Positions 8,696 through 17,499 of a DNA stretch of 64,000 bases are shown here, piece by piece; positions within the stretch are counted from its first letter, which is position 1, and each line of letters starts with the position of its first letter. Source of the stretch: a virus; IMG/VR virus record IMGVR_UViG_3300027763_000043, positions 28,974 to 92,973 of that record; one strand, given 5' to 3'. The translations under genes and the position numbers were made by a program. The notes under the pieces are model-generated. The model was given only the letters and a program-made list of their open reading frames with translations. It had not been told where the DNA came from and ran no database searches.

Positions 8696-9613
8696 TCACT
8701 CGGCAAGTTTTGCAAAGTAACTCAGAGTATCATCGTCCTCATCCTCATCATAAGAAGAAGACTTAGTGGGAGCAAGATTCTTCAGTTCTGTACGAAGATC
8801 TTCATCGAGTTCACGAACCGAACCACGAGAAGTTGATTCCTCATCGGCAACTTCGGGATCTTGACGACGAGCACCCTTGTTACCAAGCACATAATCAAGA
8901 CGCTTCTTCAGTTCATCATAAGACTTGAACTGATCAGGTGCAACAAGTTCTGCAAGAGAATACTGCTTCTTCCACACTGCTTCCATCGCATCATCATCGT
9001 CGAGCATAGCACCTTGTGCGGCAAACTCACTGGAATCATAGTTGCGATAACCGGCAACGTTCTTTGCCTTCAGTTTGAAGTTAGCACCCTGCCAGAAGTC
9101 AAAAGGATCGATAGGAGTCTCATCCTCAAACTCAGGTTGCATTGCGGCAGTGATCTTATCAAAGATTTTCTTACCAAACTTATAAAGGAATACTTTACCT
9201 TCATTATCAGGATTGGCAGGATCTTTGACCACATAGATGTTGCTTACATAAGTCAGTTTACGCTTCTGCTTACGGGCAATTTCCTTACCAGCATCTGTAC
9301 CATTGTTCCACAGTTCAGAATTCATTTCCGAAACTGGATCTTTTTGGTTCAGAGTGGTGAGAGAGTTTTCAATGTACCAACCACCAGAACCTTGGAAGGC
9401 ATGAGAATACAACTTAACAAACGGCAGATCTTCGCCGTTAGGAGCAGGAAGGAAACGAATGACGGCATAACCGTTGCCGCTCTTATCGCATTCAAGTTTC
9501 CATACACGATCATCACCAGATGATGTGGTATTATTCATTTTTTCGACTTCCTTGACCAGTTTTGCGGTCAGGGAACCAAGTTTGGATTGTTTCTTAAGAT
9601 CAGAAAAAGACAT
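8696..9613 (-). CDS. gp32: Single-stranded DNA-binding protein
   Basis: GNGYAVIRFLP, HAFQG.GGWYIENS, YKFGKKIFDK, GANFKLK, acidic tail ending LSYFAKLAE. Confidence 0.97.
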   Translation of the reverse strand: MSFSDLKKQSKLGSLTAKLVKEVEKMNNTTSSGDDRVWKLECDKSGNGYAVIRFLPAPNGEDLPFVKLYSHAFQGSGGWYIENSLTTLNQKDPVSEMNSELWNNGTDAGKEIARKQKRKLTYVSNIYVVKDPANPDNEGKVFLYKFGKKIFDKITAAMQPEFEDETPIDPFDFWQGANFKLKAKNVAGYRNYDSSEFAAQGAMLDDDDAMEAVWKKQYSLAELVAPDQFKSYDELKKRLDYVLGNKGARRQDPEVADEESTSRGSVRELDEDLRTELKNLAPTKSSSYDEDEDDDTLSYFAKLAE

Positions 9614-9656
9614 TTGGATTCGTTGTGTAAATTGGGTGTTTTGGATTTACTTGGAT

Positions 9657-9685
9657 ATTATAACAAAAATGATCTCACTTGTCAA
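9657..9685 (-). promoter_or_regulatory. Consensus sigma70 (early) promoter for gp32
   Basis: TTGACA-17 bp-TATAAT. Confidence 0.85.
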
Positions 9686-10007
9686 TAAATTGTTTGAGAG
9701 ATTCAATTGTTTTAGTCATACTATTGAACAGTACGTTCATATCTGTGTCTGGTGGGAATCCCATCAGAGCCACAGATTTGCGTAGATTCTCTTTCATCTC
9801 AACTGCTTGTGAGTCATCAGAAAGAGAAAGTCTTGTGTACATGATGCGTTGCTTTTCTAACAACAAAGACAGTTTATCAATATGTTCCAGTTTATCTTCA
9901 CGAGTCATAGAACCAAAAGACAGGATACTCCCGTAAATGAACTTTTGAAGTTCATTAATTTCTTCAAGTTCATCTTGAATCAACTCAGAGTCAAAGAATT
10001 TACTCAT
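9675..10007 (-). CDS. Conserved cyanophage hypothetical protein (DUF1825-like)
   Basis: FFDSELIQ.EL...KQRIMYTRLSLSDD motif; position between gp59 and gp32. Confidence 0.7.
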   Translation of the reverse strand: MSKFFDSELIQDELEEINELQKFIYGSILSFGSMTREDKLEHIDKLSLLLEKQRIMYTRLSLSDDSQAVEMKENLRKSVALMGFPPDTDMNVLFNSMTKTIESLKQFIDK

Positions 10008-10590
10008 TTACTATTTCCCGTAGAAGTTTTTTGTACTGAAACTTATCAATATTTAGAAATGGTTTGTACTTCTTAATTTTTAAACTTACTGTTTCCCATA
10101 CAGGATCCAGAAGTTTTTTATCAAACACATCACCAAACATGAATATTATATCATAAATCACCAGAGTTTCAATACCAATCTTCCCACTCAGGAATTTTTT
10201 TAGAATTGGTGGATGACCTTTCGAACAGTTGAAAGCATCTTCTAATTTTATCTCCGAGAACAATTCTTCCGATTGTTCTTTGAACAAGTAGGTCAAACTC
10301 TGCCGTCGTTTCATCCACTCGACGTATGTTCTTTCTCCAGAATTTATAATTTCTCCGATCCATAAGTTTTGGGGATTATCTGTGGAAACAAAATTTGATA
10401 CAAGAAAATCTACAATTTCCTTATCAGAGTACTTTCTTGAACTTTTTTCAAACCAATACTTATCCTTACGTTTGTTGAAGGAAGTCAGAGTTGCTCTAGA
10501 CTTCCCACCATATTTAAAGAAATCGTATTTTGGATTTGTAAAATGACTTTTGAGAGAAAGATAATGTTGATAACACTCAAAAGGACTCAT
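10000..10590 (-). CDS. gp59: Helicase loader
   Basis: YLSLKSHFT..YDFFKY.GK, F.KRKDKY.F, HPPILK, KYKPFL. Confidence 0.85.
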   Translation of the reverse strand: MSPFECYQHYLSLKSHFTNPKYDFFKYGGKSRATLTSFNKRKDKYWFEKSSRKYSDKEIVDFLVSNFVSTDNPQNLWIGEIINSGERTYVEWMKRRQSLTYLFKEQSEELFSEIKLEDAFNCSKGHPPILKKFLSGKIGIETLVIYDIIFMFGDVFDKKLLDPVWETVSLKIKKYKPFLNIDKFQYKKLLREIVNE

Positions 10591-10847
10591 AGGGGAAGTT
10601 TTGCCCTCGACGTTTTTTTCATAAAATTAAGATTGATAGCATCATACTTCAATCTTTCTTTGAGGGGTTTTGATACTAGTTTCGTAATAGAATCTACCTC
10701 GATCTTATTAATCTCACAATAATGAACAATAGCATCAATGTAATTCATATTCTCATCCACAACAATCTTCTCTATCTCTAGAGAAAACTTGGAAGGAGTT
10801 AGAAACTTATCCTCTATTGCCTGTTCTAATTCTTTATTTGGTTCCAT
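10587..10847 (-). CDS. gp33: Late-promoter transcription co-activator
   Basis: FSLEIE, YIDAIVHYCE, KLVSKPLKE, LNFMKKTSRAKLP. Start reassigned to ATG 10847. Confidence 0.9.
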   Translation of the reverse strand: MEPNKELEQAIEDKFLTPSKFSLEIEKIVVDENMNYIDAIVHYCEINKIEVDSITKLVSKPLKERLKYDAINLNFMKKTSRAKLPL

Positions 10848-11517
10848 AGAGTTCCAATTTATCTCTAACAAATGTTCTAATATATTCGGAGAGCAATTTG
10901 ATGTACTTTCCTTTGTCGTATTCTTCATAAACTACACATTCTCCATTTTCACAAGCCATAATAATGACTAATTTCTTTACCATTATACCAGTAATTTCGT
11001 ATAACATACAACCATATGCCATACACTGAACAAAATAATGTTCAATCCACTCTCGTGGTTTTGGTTTTTTAGAAGTCTTAAAGTCGATAATTGCCAATTC
11101 TCCATTGTATTCTGCAATACAATCGACTGTTCCCGCAATACCTAATTGCTTACTATATAGGGAACCTTCAAGAGCGTGAATATTATTTATACGATTGAGT
11201 TCCGCTTTAGCAATCTTAAAAAGAAAATCCGGCAACGGCGGAACAGACGGTAAATCTTGATTTTTAAGATAGTTCTCCGTAAGAGAATGCATATCCGTAC
11301 CACGAGCAGTAGCTGCCTTAGTAATCTTCTCCGCCTCCTCATCACCAATCCTTTTGCGCCATTTAACAAAGATTTCTTTATTGAAATGACTGGTCACCGA
11401 AGTAATCGAGACCAGTCGGAGAAGTTCTTCTTCATCAGGAACTTTATAATATCGAATACCATCTATAGTCTCCCGATCAAGTTTCGGGAGAATCAAATCA
11501 ACATGATTGAACATCAA
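10834..11517 (-). CDS. PD-(D/E)xK exonuclease (RecB/Cas4-like)
   Basis: SITSV, RGT.MH, IAGTVDCIAEY.G.LAIIDFKTS, YFVQC.AY. Confidence 0.85.
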   Translation of the reverse strand: MMFNHVDLILPKLDRETIDGIRYYKVPDEEELLRLVSITSVTSHFNKEIFVKWRKRIGDEEAEKITKAATARGTDMHSLTENYLKNQDLPSVPPLPDFLFKIAKAELNRINNIHALEGSLYSKQLGIAGTVDCIAEYNGELAIIDFKTSKKPKPREWIEHYFVQCMAYGCMLYEITGIMVKKLVIIMACENGECVVYEEYDKGKYIKLLSEYIRTFVRDKLELYGTK

Positions 11518-12269
11518 AAACCTGCTTCTATTTTTGCAAGGATGTATTCTTTGACAAGTCCAGAGCGGACAATATCATCAACACCAAACTCTATTATATC
11601 AATAGATGGCATTTTACGCAAGATGCTCATAAAATCAACAATTCCATTACGCTCATTAGATTTCTGCAAATCCGACTGAGTAGCATCTCCACAAAACATA
11701 ATCTTAGAGTTCTCACCAACACGAGTAATGATCGAGTCCAGTTCATGTGATGTACAATTTTGAAATTCATCTACGATCACAATTGCGTTATCAAGAGTAG
11801 TACCTCTTAAGAATGATGTGCTCCAGAACTTAATTGTTTCCTGAGATTTGAGATTACCATAGAGCATCTCGAACTCAGCATCAGAAGGCATCTGGAACAT
11901 ATACTTCACCATATTCTTATAAGGAATTTGGTAGATGTCCGACTTATCCTCATAAGAACCAGGAAGGAATCCAATCTCTCTGGTGGCAACTAAAGAACGA
12001 ACCAGATAGATTTTCTCATAAGGAGTTCTTTCATCAAGAACTTCACGAAGAGCATTATAAAGAGTAATGAATGTTTTACCGGTTCCTGCACATCCGTAGG
12101 CAACTACATGTTTACCTTCGGCATATGCATCAAAAAGTTTTCTTTGATTGTCTGTTAAGGGTTCAATATCTAAAAGATATTCATTTCCCAGTGCTTTTTT
12201 TCTTTTTGGTTGGCGGCCAGCAAGATCTGGACCGGTTTGTTGTTCATTTGCTCTTTTTCTTCTTGCCAT
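11514..12269 (-). CDS. phoH: PhoH-like ATPase
   Basis: G.AGTGKT, IGFLPG, FLRGTT, IVDEFQN, CGD..QSD, DIVRSGLV. Confidence 0.95.
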   Translation of the reverse strand: MARRKRANEQQTGPDLAGRQPKRKKALGNEYLLDIEPLTDNQRKLFDAYAEGKHVVAYGCAGTGKTFITLYNALREVLDERTPYEKIYLVRSLVATREIGFLPGSYEDKSDIYQIPYKNMVKYMFQMPSDAEFEMLYGNLKSQETIKFWSTSFLRGTTLDNAIVIVDEFQNCTSHELDSIITRVGENSKIMFCGDATQSDLQKSNERNGIVDFMSILRKMPSIDIIEFGVDDIVRSGLVKEYILAKIEAGF

Positions 12270-12278
12270 ATTAGTAGT

Positions 12279-12521
12279 TTAGATTTTTTTGACTTTTGAT
12301 TTGGGAGCTTTGCTTGCATTGCCTAGAACTTCGTTCCATCCTGGATGTTTGGAAACCAACTTATTACGCCAATCTCCAACTTCTCCCGGAGTCGCACATC
12401 CTTGCGACCAATCTCTTTGCCATTCGGGATTGTCCTGATACCACTGAGTGATGTCATGAACACTCATTTCAATCACTTTAGTCTCGCCAGTTTCTTTATG
12501 AATAATCGGATAAATTGCCAA
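12279..12521 (-). CDS. Conserved cyanophage hypothetical protein
   Basis: 80-aa ORF in the thyX-phoH operon. Confidence 0.7.
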   Translation of the reverse strand: MAIYPIIHKETGETKVIEMSVHDITQWYQDNPEWQRDWSQGCATPGEVGDWRNKLVSKHPGWNEVLGNASKAPKSKVKKI

Positions 12522-12550
12522 AATTAAATCTCCATTTTATATGACTTTAT

Positions 12551-13201
12551 TTAGATGCTCCACTCATCAGAACCACCAAGTGCTTCATAGCAAGTAGGAA
12601 ATTGTTCTCCAAATACTGCTTTACAGGATTTGGCAATATCCATATGTTCTTTCTGAGTTCCCGATTTTTCTCTGAGAGCAATGTAGGTTATCCACGACCT
12701 GCAAGAACCCGTCATATAAATCCGTGTGGGAACTGCCAGTGGCAATACAAACCTTGCACATTCCTTTGCCACATCTGCCTCTAAGAGTTCCTTGTAGAGG
12801 TTCTGAGCAGCATCAAAGTGATCTTGGATCTTGGAGTAGAGTTCAATCTTAAGATCCACTGGAAGGTCATCTGTGGAGTTCTGACGGTTCTTTGTGTCTT
12901 GCCTACGAAGTTCTGGTAGAGGAATATCCTCAGCAATCAAATTCGTGTCAGCATAGCGTTGACTGAACTCTTGAAATGTGAAACTACGGTGACGCAGAAT
13001 CTGTGCCGCAATACCACGAGTGGTCTCAATCTCCAGAGTCATAGAAGACTGCTCAAACACAGACCAATGATTATGCTTAATGCAATAAGCAAGCAACTTG
13101 GAATAGTTTTGGTTGTCCTGATTCGCAGGATTAGAAACTCTCGCAATAAATGCCATTGTTTTTTCTGCATCTGGTGTAATACTAATCAATTTTACAGTCA
13201 T
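12551..13201 (-). CDS. thyX: Flavin-dependent thymidylate synthase
   Basis: ARVSNP, HWSVFEQ, QILRHRSFTFQEFSQRY, ECARFVLP, TQKEH. Confidence 0.97.
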   Translation of the reverse strand: MTVKLISITPDAEKTMAFIARVSNPANQDNQNYSKLLAYCIKHNHWSVFEQSSMTLEIETTRGIAAQILRHRSFTFQEFSQRYADTNLIAEDIPLPELRRQDTKNRQNSTDDLPVDLKIELYSKIQDHFDAAQNLYKELLEADVAKECARFVLPLAVPTRIYMTGSCRSWITYIALREKSGTQKEHMDIAKSCKAVFGEQFPTCYEALGGSDEWSI

Positions 13202-13365
13202 TTTTTTCCAAATCCTTTTGAGTATTTTGCTTCGATTTGTGCAAGTTCTTCTTTTACAACTCGCAATTGTCCTTTCATTTCTTTAATTTTCTCACCAGAA
13301 TATAAATGATCCTGCTTTGTAAGTTTCTCAAGCAACTTCACTAATTGTTTTGCTTTTTTAGTCAT
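13198..13365 (-). CDS. Hypothetical protein (55 aa)
   Basis: MTKKAKQLVKLLE...KGFGKK; start overlaps the upstream stop. Confidence 0.6.
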   Translation of the reverse strand: MTKKAKQLVKLLEKLTKQDHLYSGEKIKEMKGQLRVVKEELAQIEAKYSKGFGKK

Positions 13366-13516
13366 CGTCATCCTCAAAGATTTCGTCATAATCCGCTTCT
13401 CTTGGTTTAATATCATCATATCGATATGACGATACATCAGAATAAATTTCTGCCTTCAAAGAATCAACAAGAAGTTCCATATTTCGAACAATCAATTTTA
13501 GTTTGTCTTTGTTCAT
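13358..13516 (-). CDS. Hypothetical acidic protein (52 aa)
   Basis: Manual translation MNKDKLKLIVRNMELLVDSLKAEIYSD...DYDEIFEDDD*. Confidence 0.65.
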   Translation of the reverse strand: MNKDKLKLIVRNMELLVDSLKAEIYSDVSSYRYDDIKPREADYDEIFEDDDD

Positions 13517-13547
13517 GGGTTAAAAATGTTTCAGTTTATTTTAGCAC

Positions 13548-13573
13548 AAAAAAAGGAGGGAATCAATCCCTCC
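13548..13573 (-). terminator. Intrinsic terminator after the riboswitch-controlled peptide
   Basis: ggaggga/tccctcc hairpin plus U7 on the minus strand. Confidence 0.75.
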
Positions 13574-13579
13574 AGATAA

Positions 13580-13672
13580 TCAGCGCATTGCCATTGCTAG
13601 TTTTGCTTGGTGTTTGCGTTGTTCTTTTTCTTTTTGTTTTTTGATTAAAATAAGTTGCCAGTTGTTTTTCAT
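13580..13672 (-). CDS. 30-aa basic peptide downstream of the glutamine riboswitch
   Basis: MKNNWQLILIKKQKEKEQRKHQAKLAMAMR*, with strong SD AAAGGAG at 13681-13687. Confidence 0.7.
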   Translation of the reverse strand: MKNNWQLILIKKQKEKEQRKHQAKLAMAMR

Positions 13673-13703
13673 AAGAGATGCTCCTTTACTTTGTGGGTAT
13701 TGG

Positions 13704-13752
13704 TGCGTTGCTTCCCGTATTGGTACTTCCACTGGTTTCCCAGTCAACGATT
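13704..13752 (-). ncRNA. glnA-type (glutamine-I) riboswitch
   Basis: AUCGUUG-ACUGG GAAA CCAGU-GGAAGUA-CC AAUAC GG-GAAGCAACG fits the three-stem junction/E-loop consensus. Confidence 0.8.
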
Positions 13753-13758
13753 GCAATT

Positions 13759-14988
13759 TTATTTGCCGGGAAGCATCTTGACTCCTAATGCCTTATTGCG
13801 AGCAGTATCAGATTGACGTGCCTGATTAAGTTTCTTAGCGGCATTCGCAGCATCAGATTGCTTATAAGCACCAGCAAATAAAGATCTACCAATTCTTTCT
13901 AATGGATTGGAGGATGTCTGCGCCAGACTCTTAGTATCTGATCTCTTATAAACTGCCTTACCATCTTTATATGCAAGATTACCAACTTCTTGTTTGCCAG
14001 TTTTAGGATTAGTAACAACAGAAGTCTTACCTAACTGAGCAGTTTTTCCTCCACTCGTAATGGTATTCTTTTTGGTATCGAAAGTAGTCTTACCACCAAT
14101 ACCTTTGATTGCTCCACCCGCCTGACCTTGACGATTAGCAGTTGCAATTGCTCTTCTTTCTTTTGCATTTGCACCAGCAGCAACATCAAATGCCTTTGAT
14201 GCTGCCATAGATCCACCTACAGCACCACCAACTGTTCCAACTGGACCAGCAACGCTTCCTCCTGCACCACCAAGAGCACCACCAGCGGCAACCACAGCAC
14301 CTTTTGCCAATGATCTTGCCCATCCAGATCCTTTTGATCTTTCATCAGCAACATCAAGTGCGGCAGAAGCAGGTCCGATAAGTTTTCCAGCACCCCTAAG
14401 AATACCTTTTCCTACAGATTTTGTTGCTGTTTTGGCGGCCGCCTTTTCTGCTTCCTTCGCAGCAGAAGAGGCACCTGAAGGAAGTGCTTTTGGTTTACTA
14501 CCAGAAGGTAATTTGCCCTTAGGTTCATTAAGAACTTTCACATCTACTGGTTTAACTGATGTATCCACAACTGATGATGAAGATTTATTTGCAAGATTAC
14601 CAGATTTTGGTATTGTTGCTAATGCATTAGAAGATTTTGATGTAGTTGCCAATGCACCAGATTTTGGTGTTGTTGTTAATGCACTAGAAGATTTTGGTCG
14701 TAATGCCAATGCACCACCTTTTCCAGTTTCACCCCTAACATCAGATCCAGGTACTTTAGTTGTTTTTGGTTCTGGAATCTCCATTTGTCCAGGAGATGTT
14801 CTTGGCCCTTCAGGAGATCCGGCAGGTAATCTTCTGGATGCTGGTGTTGGTGTAGGATCAGTTCCAGTAAATGGAATTCTTTTAGGATTTCTAAAATTCT
14901 GAGCAGTTCCCCTATTTGTAAGTAATCTACCTTGCACCTCCTCTTCACTCAAATAGCATTCATTTAAAAACTGATTAAACGATTTCAT
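13759..14988 (-). CDS. Putative internal head/ejection protein
   Basis: N-terminal MKSFNQFLNE resembles the T4 capsid-targeting signal; basic, low complexity, Gly/Ala zipper; late promoter upstream. Confidence 0.55.
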   Translation of the reverse strand: MKSFNQFLNECYLSEEEVQGRLLTNRGTAQNFRNPKRIPFTGTDPTPTPASRRLPAGSPEGPRTSPGQMEIPEPKTTKVPGSDVRGETGKGGALALRPKSSSALTTTPKSGALATTSKSSNALATIPKSGNLANKSSSSVVDTSVKPVDVKVLNEPKGKLPSGSKPKALPSGASSAAKEAEKAAAKTATKSVGKGILRGAGKLIGPASAALDVADERSKGSGWARSLAKGAVVAAGGALGGAGGSVAGPVGTVGGAVGGSMAASKAFDVAAGANAKERRAIATANRQGQAGGAIKGIGGKTTFDTKKNTITSGGKTAQLGKTSVVTNPKTGKQEVGNLAYKDGKAVYKRSDTKSLAQTSSNPLERIGRSLFAGAYKQSDAANAAKKLNQARQSDTARNKALGVKMLPGK

Positions 14989-15006
14989 TTTTTTCGTCTT
15001 TTTAGT

Positions 15007-15014
15007 TATTTATA
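15007..15014 (-). promoter_or_regulatory. T4-type late promoter
   Basis: TATAAATA 18 nt upstream of the ATG at 14988. Confidence 0.7.
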
Positions 15015-15066
15015 AAATTGCCCATAAACAAAAAAGTACCGGAAAGATCTTCCAGTACCTTTAAAA

Positions 15067-15441
15067 TCACTTTCTCTTCTTAGGTTGAGGTGGTTTATAT
15101 CCCCAAAGTCTAGGATTTACACTACCCTCAGTCCACTCAATAGATTTAAGACAATCACCGAATTTATCATAGTACATATCAAAAATACCAACTTTCTTAC
15201 TCGTTTTGATGATGTCATGAAATACATTACCATCAATTTCATAAGTAACTAGATGAGAATCAAGAGGTAGTTGTTTATTCTTTGCATCCTGTCTTGTACA
15301 CCGTTCTTGTAGAATTTCACACCCATAACGAGACCTAGAGATTTCTCTTTCTTGATTAGACCAGACTTCAGGTTTATTCTCTTTACTAGATGTTTTTTCC
15401 TTTTCTTCCGCCATTGTATTAGTTTTGGTTATATTTTCCAA
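15067..15441 (-). CDS. Conserved cyanophage hypothetical protein
   Basis: 124-aa ORF; IFDMYYDKFG...NPRLWGY. Confidence 0.65.
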   Translation of the reverse strand: MENITKTNTMAEEKEKTSSKENKPEVWSNQEREISRSRYGCEILQERCTRQDAKNKQLPLDSHLVTYEIDGNVFHDIIKTSKKVGIFDMYYDKFGDCLKSIEWTEGSVNPRLWGYKPPQPKKRK

Positions 15442-15469
15442 ATTTATTCCTCATGATTAAAAATTAAAT

Positions 15470-16051
15470 TTATCCTCGATTACCCCATTGGATATCCGGA
15501 TATGCTTCAGAAACAATTTCTTTTGTAATCTTATATTTTGTTGCAAGTTTCTTATCCTTCACAAGACACAGAATTTCTGCTTCTAGAGGATGAAGACCTT
15601 GAAGAATGTTGATAAACATACTTTCTCTACGAAGAGAACTCAGTCCATCATTACCACCTTTGATAAAATTATAAAACTTCTGATATTCTTTACGAATTGA
15701 AGATCTTCCCTGATCTTGAGAACCTAATGAATTAGAACCAAGTTCACTCATCTTATCAACGGCATCATTAATCTTTTCAGAGAGTGTACCACTGAAAGAA
15801 TTTTGCTCACTTGTTGCTGCATAAGGAACTTCACCTTCTGGAAGAACAGAAGTAATACTTTCATCAAAATTCCAAATAAAAATTGCCTTCAAAGAAGGGT
15901 CTTCATATCTTTTCAGTAGTTCTACCTTTTTTGCATTTGAACGTTGTTTAGATACAAGATTCAAAACTTCAAAAGAAAAAGGATTTGAAGGAAGATCTTC
16001 AGGTACTGTTTCTACCTTTTTGGTCGTTGCTTTAGTTTTTGTTACGGTCAT
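15470..16051 (-). CDS. Conserved T4-like hypothetical protein (DUF6433-like)
   Basis: WNFDE..LPEGEVPY, RRESMFI..L.GLHP.EAE. Confidence 0.75.
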   Translation of the reverse strand: MTVTKTKATTKKVETVPEDLPSNPFSFEVLNLVSKQRSNAKKVELLKRYEDPSLKAIFIWNFDESITSVLPEGEVPYAATSEQNSFSGTLSEKINDAVDKMSELGSNSLGSQDQGRSSIRKEYQKFYNFIKGGNDGLSSLRRESMFINILQGLHPLEAEILCLVKDKKLATKYKITKEIVSEAYPDIQWGNRG

Positions 16052-16079
16052 GTCAAAAAATTTTTATTAATTGTACAAT

Positions 16080-16304
16080 TTATTCCTCATCATCCTCATC
16101 ATCGTATCCAAAATCACTTTCAAAACGAAATGCAATGACTTCATCAGGAATCAGATTTCCCTGCGAATCAAACATTTCTGGATGTGGCATTGGAACTTCA
16201 CGATAGTTCATCATATATTCTCTTGCTACCCAACCACCGATGAGGCCCACTATTAGAAACAAAACGGTTAGAAATGAACCTAGGACTAGACTAACTGCTA
16301 ACAT
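16080..16304 (-). CDS. Small membrane protein
   Basis: Hydrophobic N-terminus MLAVSLVLGSFLTVLFLIVGLIGGW; HPEMFD..GN motif. Confidence 0.65.
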   Translation of the reverse strand: MLAVSLVLGSFLTVLFLIVGLIGGWVAREYMMNYREVPMPHPEMFDSQGNLIPDEVIAFRFESDFGYDDEDDEE

Positions 16305-16509
16305 TTTTTTTCTCCGGGAATTTAGTGCGTTTCCTTGACTCAAAAGAAAATTGAAAATGAATGATGATTTCTCGATTCAGAAAACAAATCATCTTCTCAA
16401 AAATAATATGAAATGGATAGGTCTTTTTTCTCTTTCCTCCCGTGAGAATGAGTTCGACTCCACGATTTATACCGTGGTTCTCAGAGTTATTTATGTTCCT
16501 ATTAGACAA
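16291..16509 (-). CDS. Hypothetical protein
   Basis: 72-aa ORF overlapping both neighbours. Confidence 0.55.
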   Translation of the reverse strand: MSNRNINNSENHGINRGVELILTGGKRKKTYPFHIIFEKMICFLNREIIIHFQFSFESRKRTKFPEKKNVSS

Positions 16510-16738
16510 CTTGCTTCTCTTTCAAAAACTTAACAGTATCAGTGCATCCACCAAGTTTTTGATCATCACAAAGAACCTGTGGGAAAGTAGAACCTTCACC
16601 AAACTCAGAATAGAACTCTTCTTTGGTAAAGTCTTCTCCCAAAGTATACATTACAAAGTTATTTCCTGTCAACTCTAGAACTTGTTTGACTTTATAACAA
16701 TGTGGGCAATCTTGTTTCGAATAAACTGTGAAATTCAT
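16502..16738 (-). CDS. nrdC: Glutaredoxin
   Basis: CPHC active site, STFPQV, LGGCTD. Confidence 0.92.
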   Translation of the reverse strand: MNFTVYSKQDCPHCYKVKQVLELTGNNFVMYTLGEDFTKEEFYSEFGEGSTFPQVLCDDQKLGGCTDTVKFLKEKQVV

Positions 16739-16770
16739 AATTGTTTAATATCTAAAGTAATTTATATAAG

Positions 16771-16869
16771 AAAAAAGAGGAGATTTCTCCCCTCTCGTTA
16801 TACCACCAACCGACCTTTCCCACCACAGAAAGGATCTTCATTCCCAAAGATACAAGGATTTTGAAGACC
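16771..16869 (-). ncRNA. Probable ~100-nt structured small RNA with two UGGUG loop motifs (wcaG-like?)
   Basis: Lies between a perfect sigma70 promoter and an intrinsic terminator (16771-16794); three predicted hairpins. Confidence 0.6.
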
Positions 16870-16874
16870 TTGAT

Positions 16875-16903
16875 ATTATAAGGGATTTTGAATCAAATGT
16901 CAA
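16875..16903 (-). promoter_or_regulatory. Consensus sigma70 promoter
   Basis: TTGACA-17 bp-TATAAT. Confidence 0.85.
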
Positions 16904-17498
16904 GTATTCTCTTTTTACTCACCAAAACCCATGCATCAACAGTTACATTATTAGATATTTCCATAGTAGTAGAGCATAAGTTTACAATTTTCATGTGTGG
17001 TTCTATAAATGAAATCATTTCAGAACAAGTCCTTCTTGGTGGACCACAATATACTTCTTTACCATCATACGATCCAATAATACTTAACCATAACCCACTT
17101 GGTGATATGATTCTACTTACCTCATAAGCAAATTTTTCAATGTCACCGTAATTCATTCCATGAATACATCCCCGATCAAAAACAAGATCATAATAATTGT
17201 CGGATAATGTATTATTTTCCAAAAAATTCATTACATCAAAATCAACTTGAAGATTTTTATTCTTCAAATTACTTTTAGCAGTATCAATTGCTCTTTCAGA
17301 TATATCAATCCCAGTAACTTTAATACCTTGACTAGCCATCCATAAGGAATTAGTACCAAGACCACATCCAATATCAATTGCAGTTTTAAATTTTATGTTA
17401 TTGGAAGAAAAAAATGATACCAAATTTTTATCGGGAATATATGTTTCCCATGGTAGATTATCGATATCATTATTATTCCAGTATTCTATCCAGTTCAT
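16893..17498 (-). CDS. Class I SAM-dependent methyltransferase (TPMT/TehB-like)
   Basis: PWET, IDIGCGLG, VTGIDIS, YDLVFDRGCIH. Confidence 0.88.
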   Translation of the reverse strand: MNWIEYWNNNDIDNLPWETYIPDKNLVSFFSSNNIKFKTAIDIGCGLGTNSLWMASQGIKVTGIDISERAIDTAKSNLKNKNLQVDFDVMNFLENNTLSDNYYDLVFDRGCIHGMNYGDIEKFAYEVSRIISPSGLWLSIIGSYDGKEVYCGPPRRTCSEMISFIEPHMKIVNLCSTTMEISNNVTVDAWVLVSKKRILDI

Positions 17499-17499
17499 T

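Noticed and set aside
10848-10928. N-terminal extensions in the ORF track (gp33 from 10928; also gp4 from 6088, 13437, 16343, 18144, 61936)
   Set aside because: They overlap upstream genes; downstream ATGs fit family N-termini and translational coupling better.
10834-11517. Cas4-like nuclease as evidence of a CRISPR system
   Set aside because: It is the usual core exonuclease between phoH and gp33 in T4-like cyanophages.
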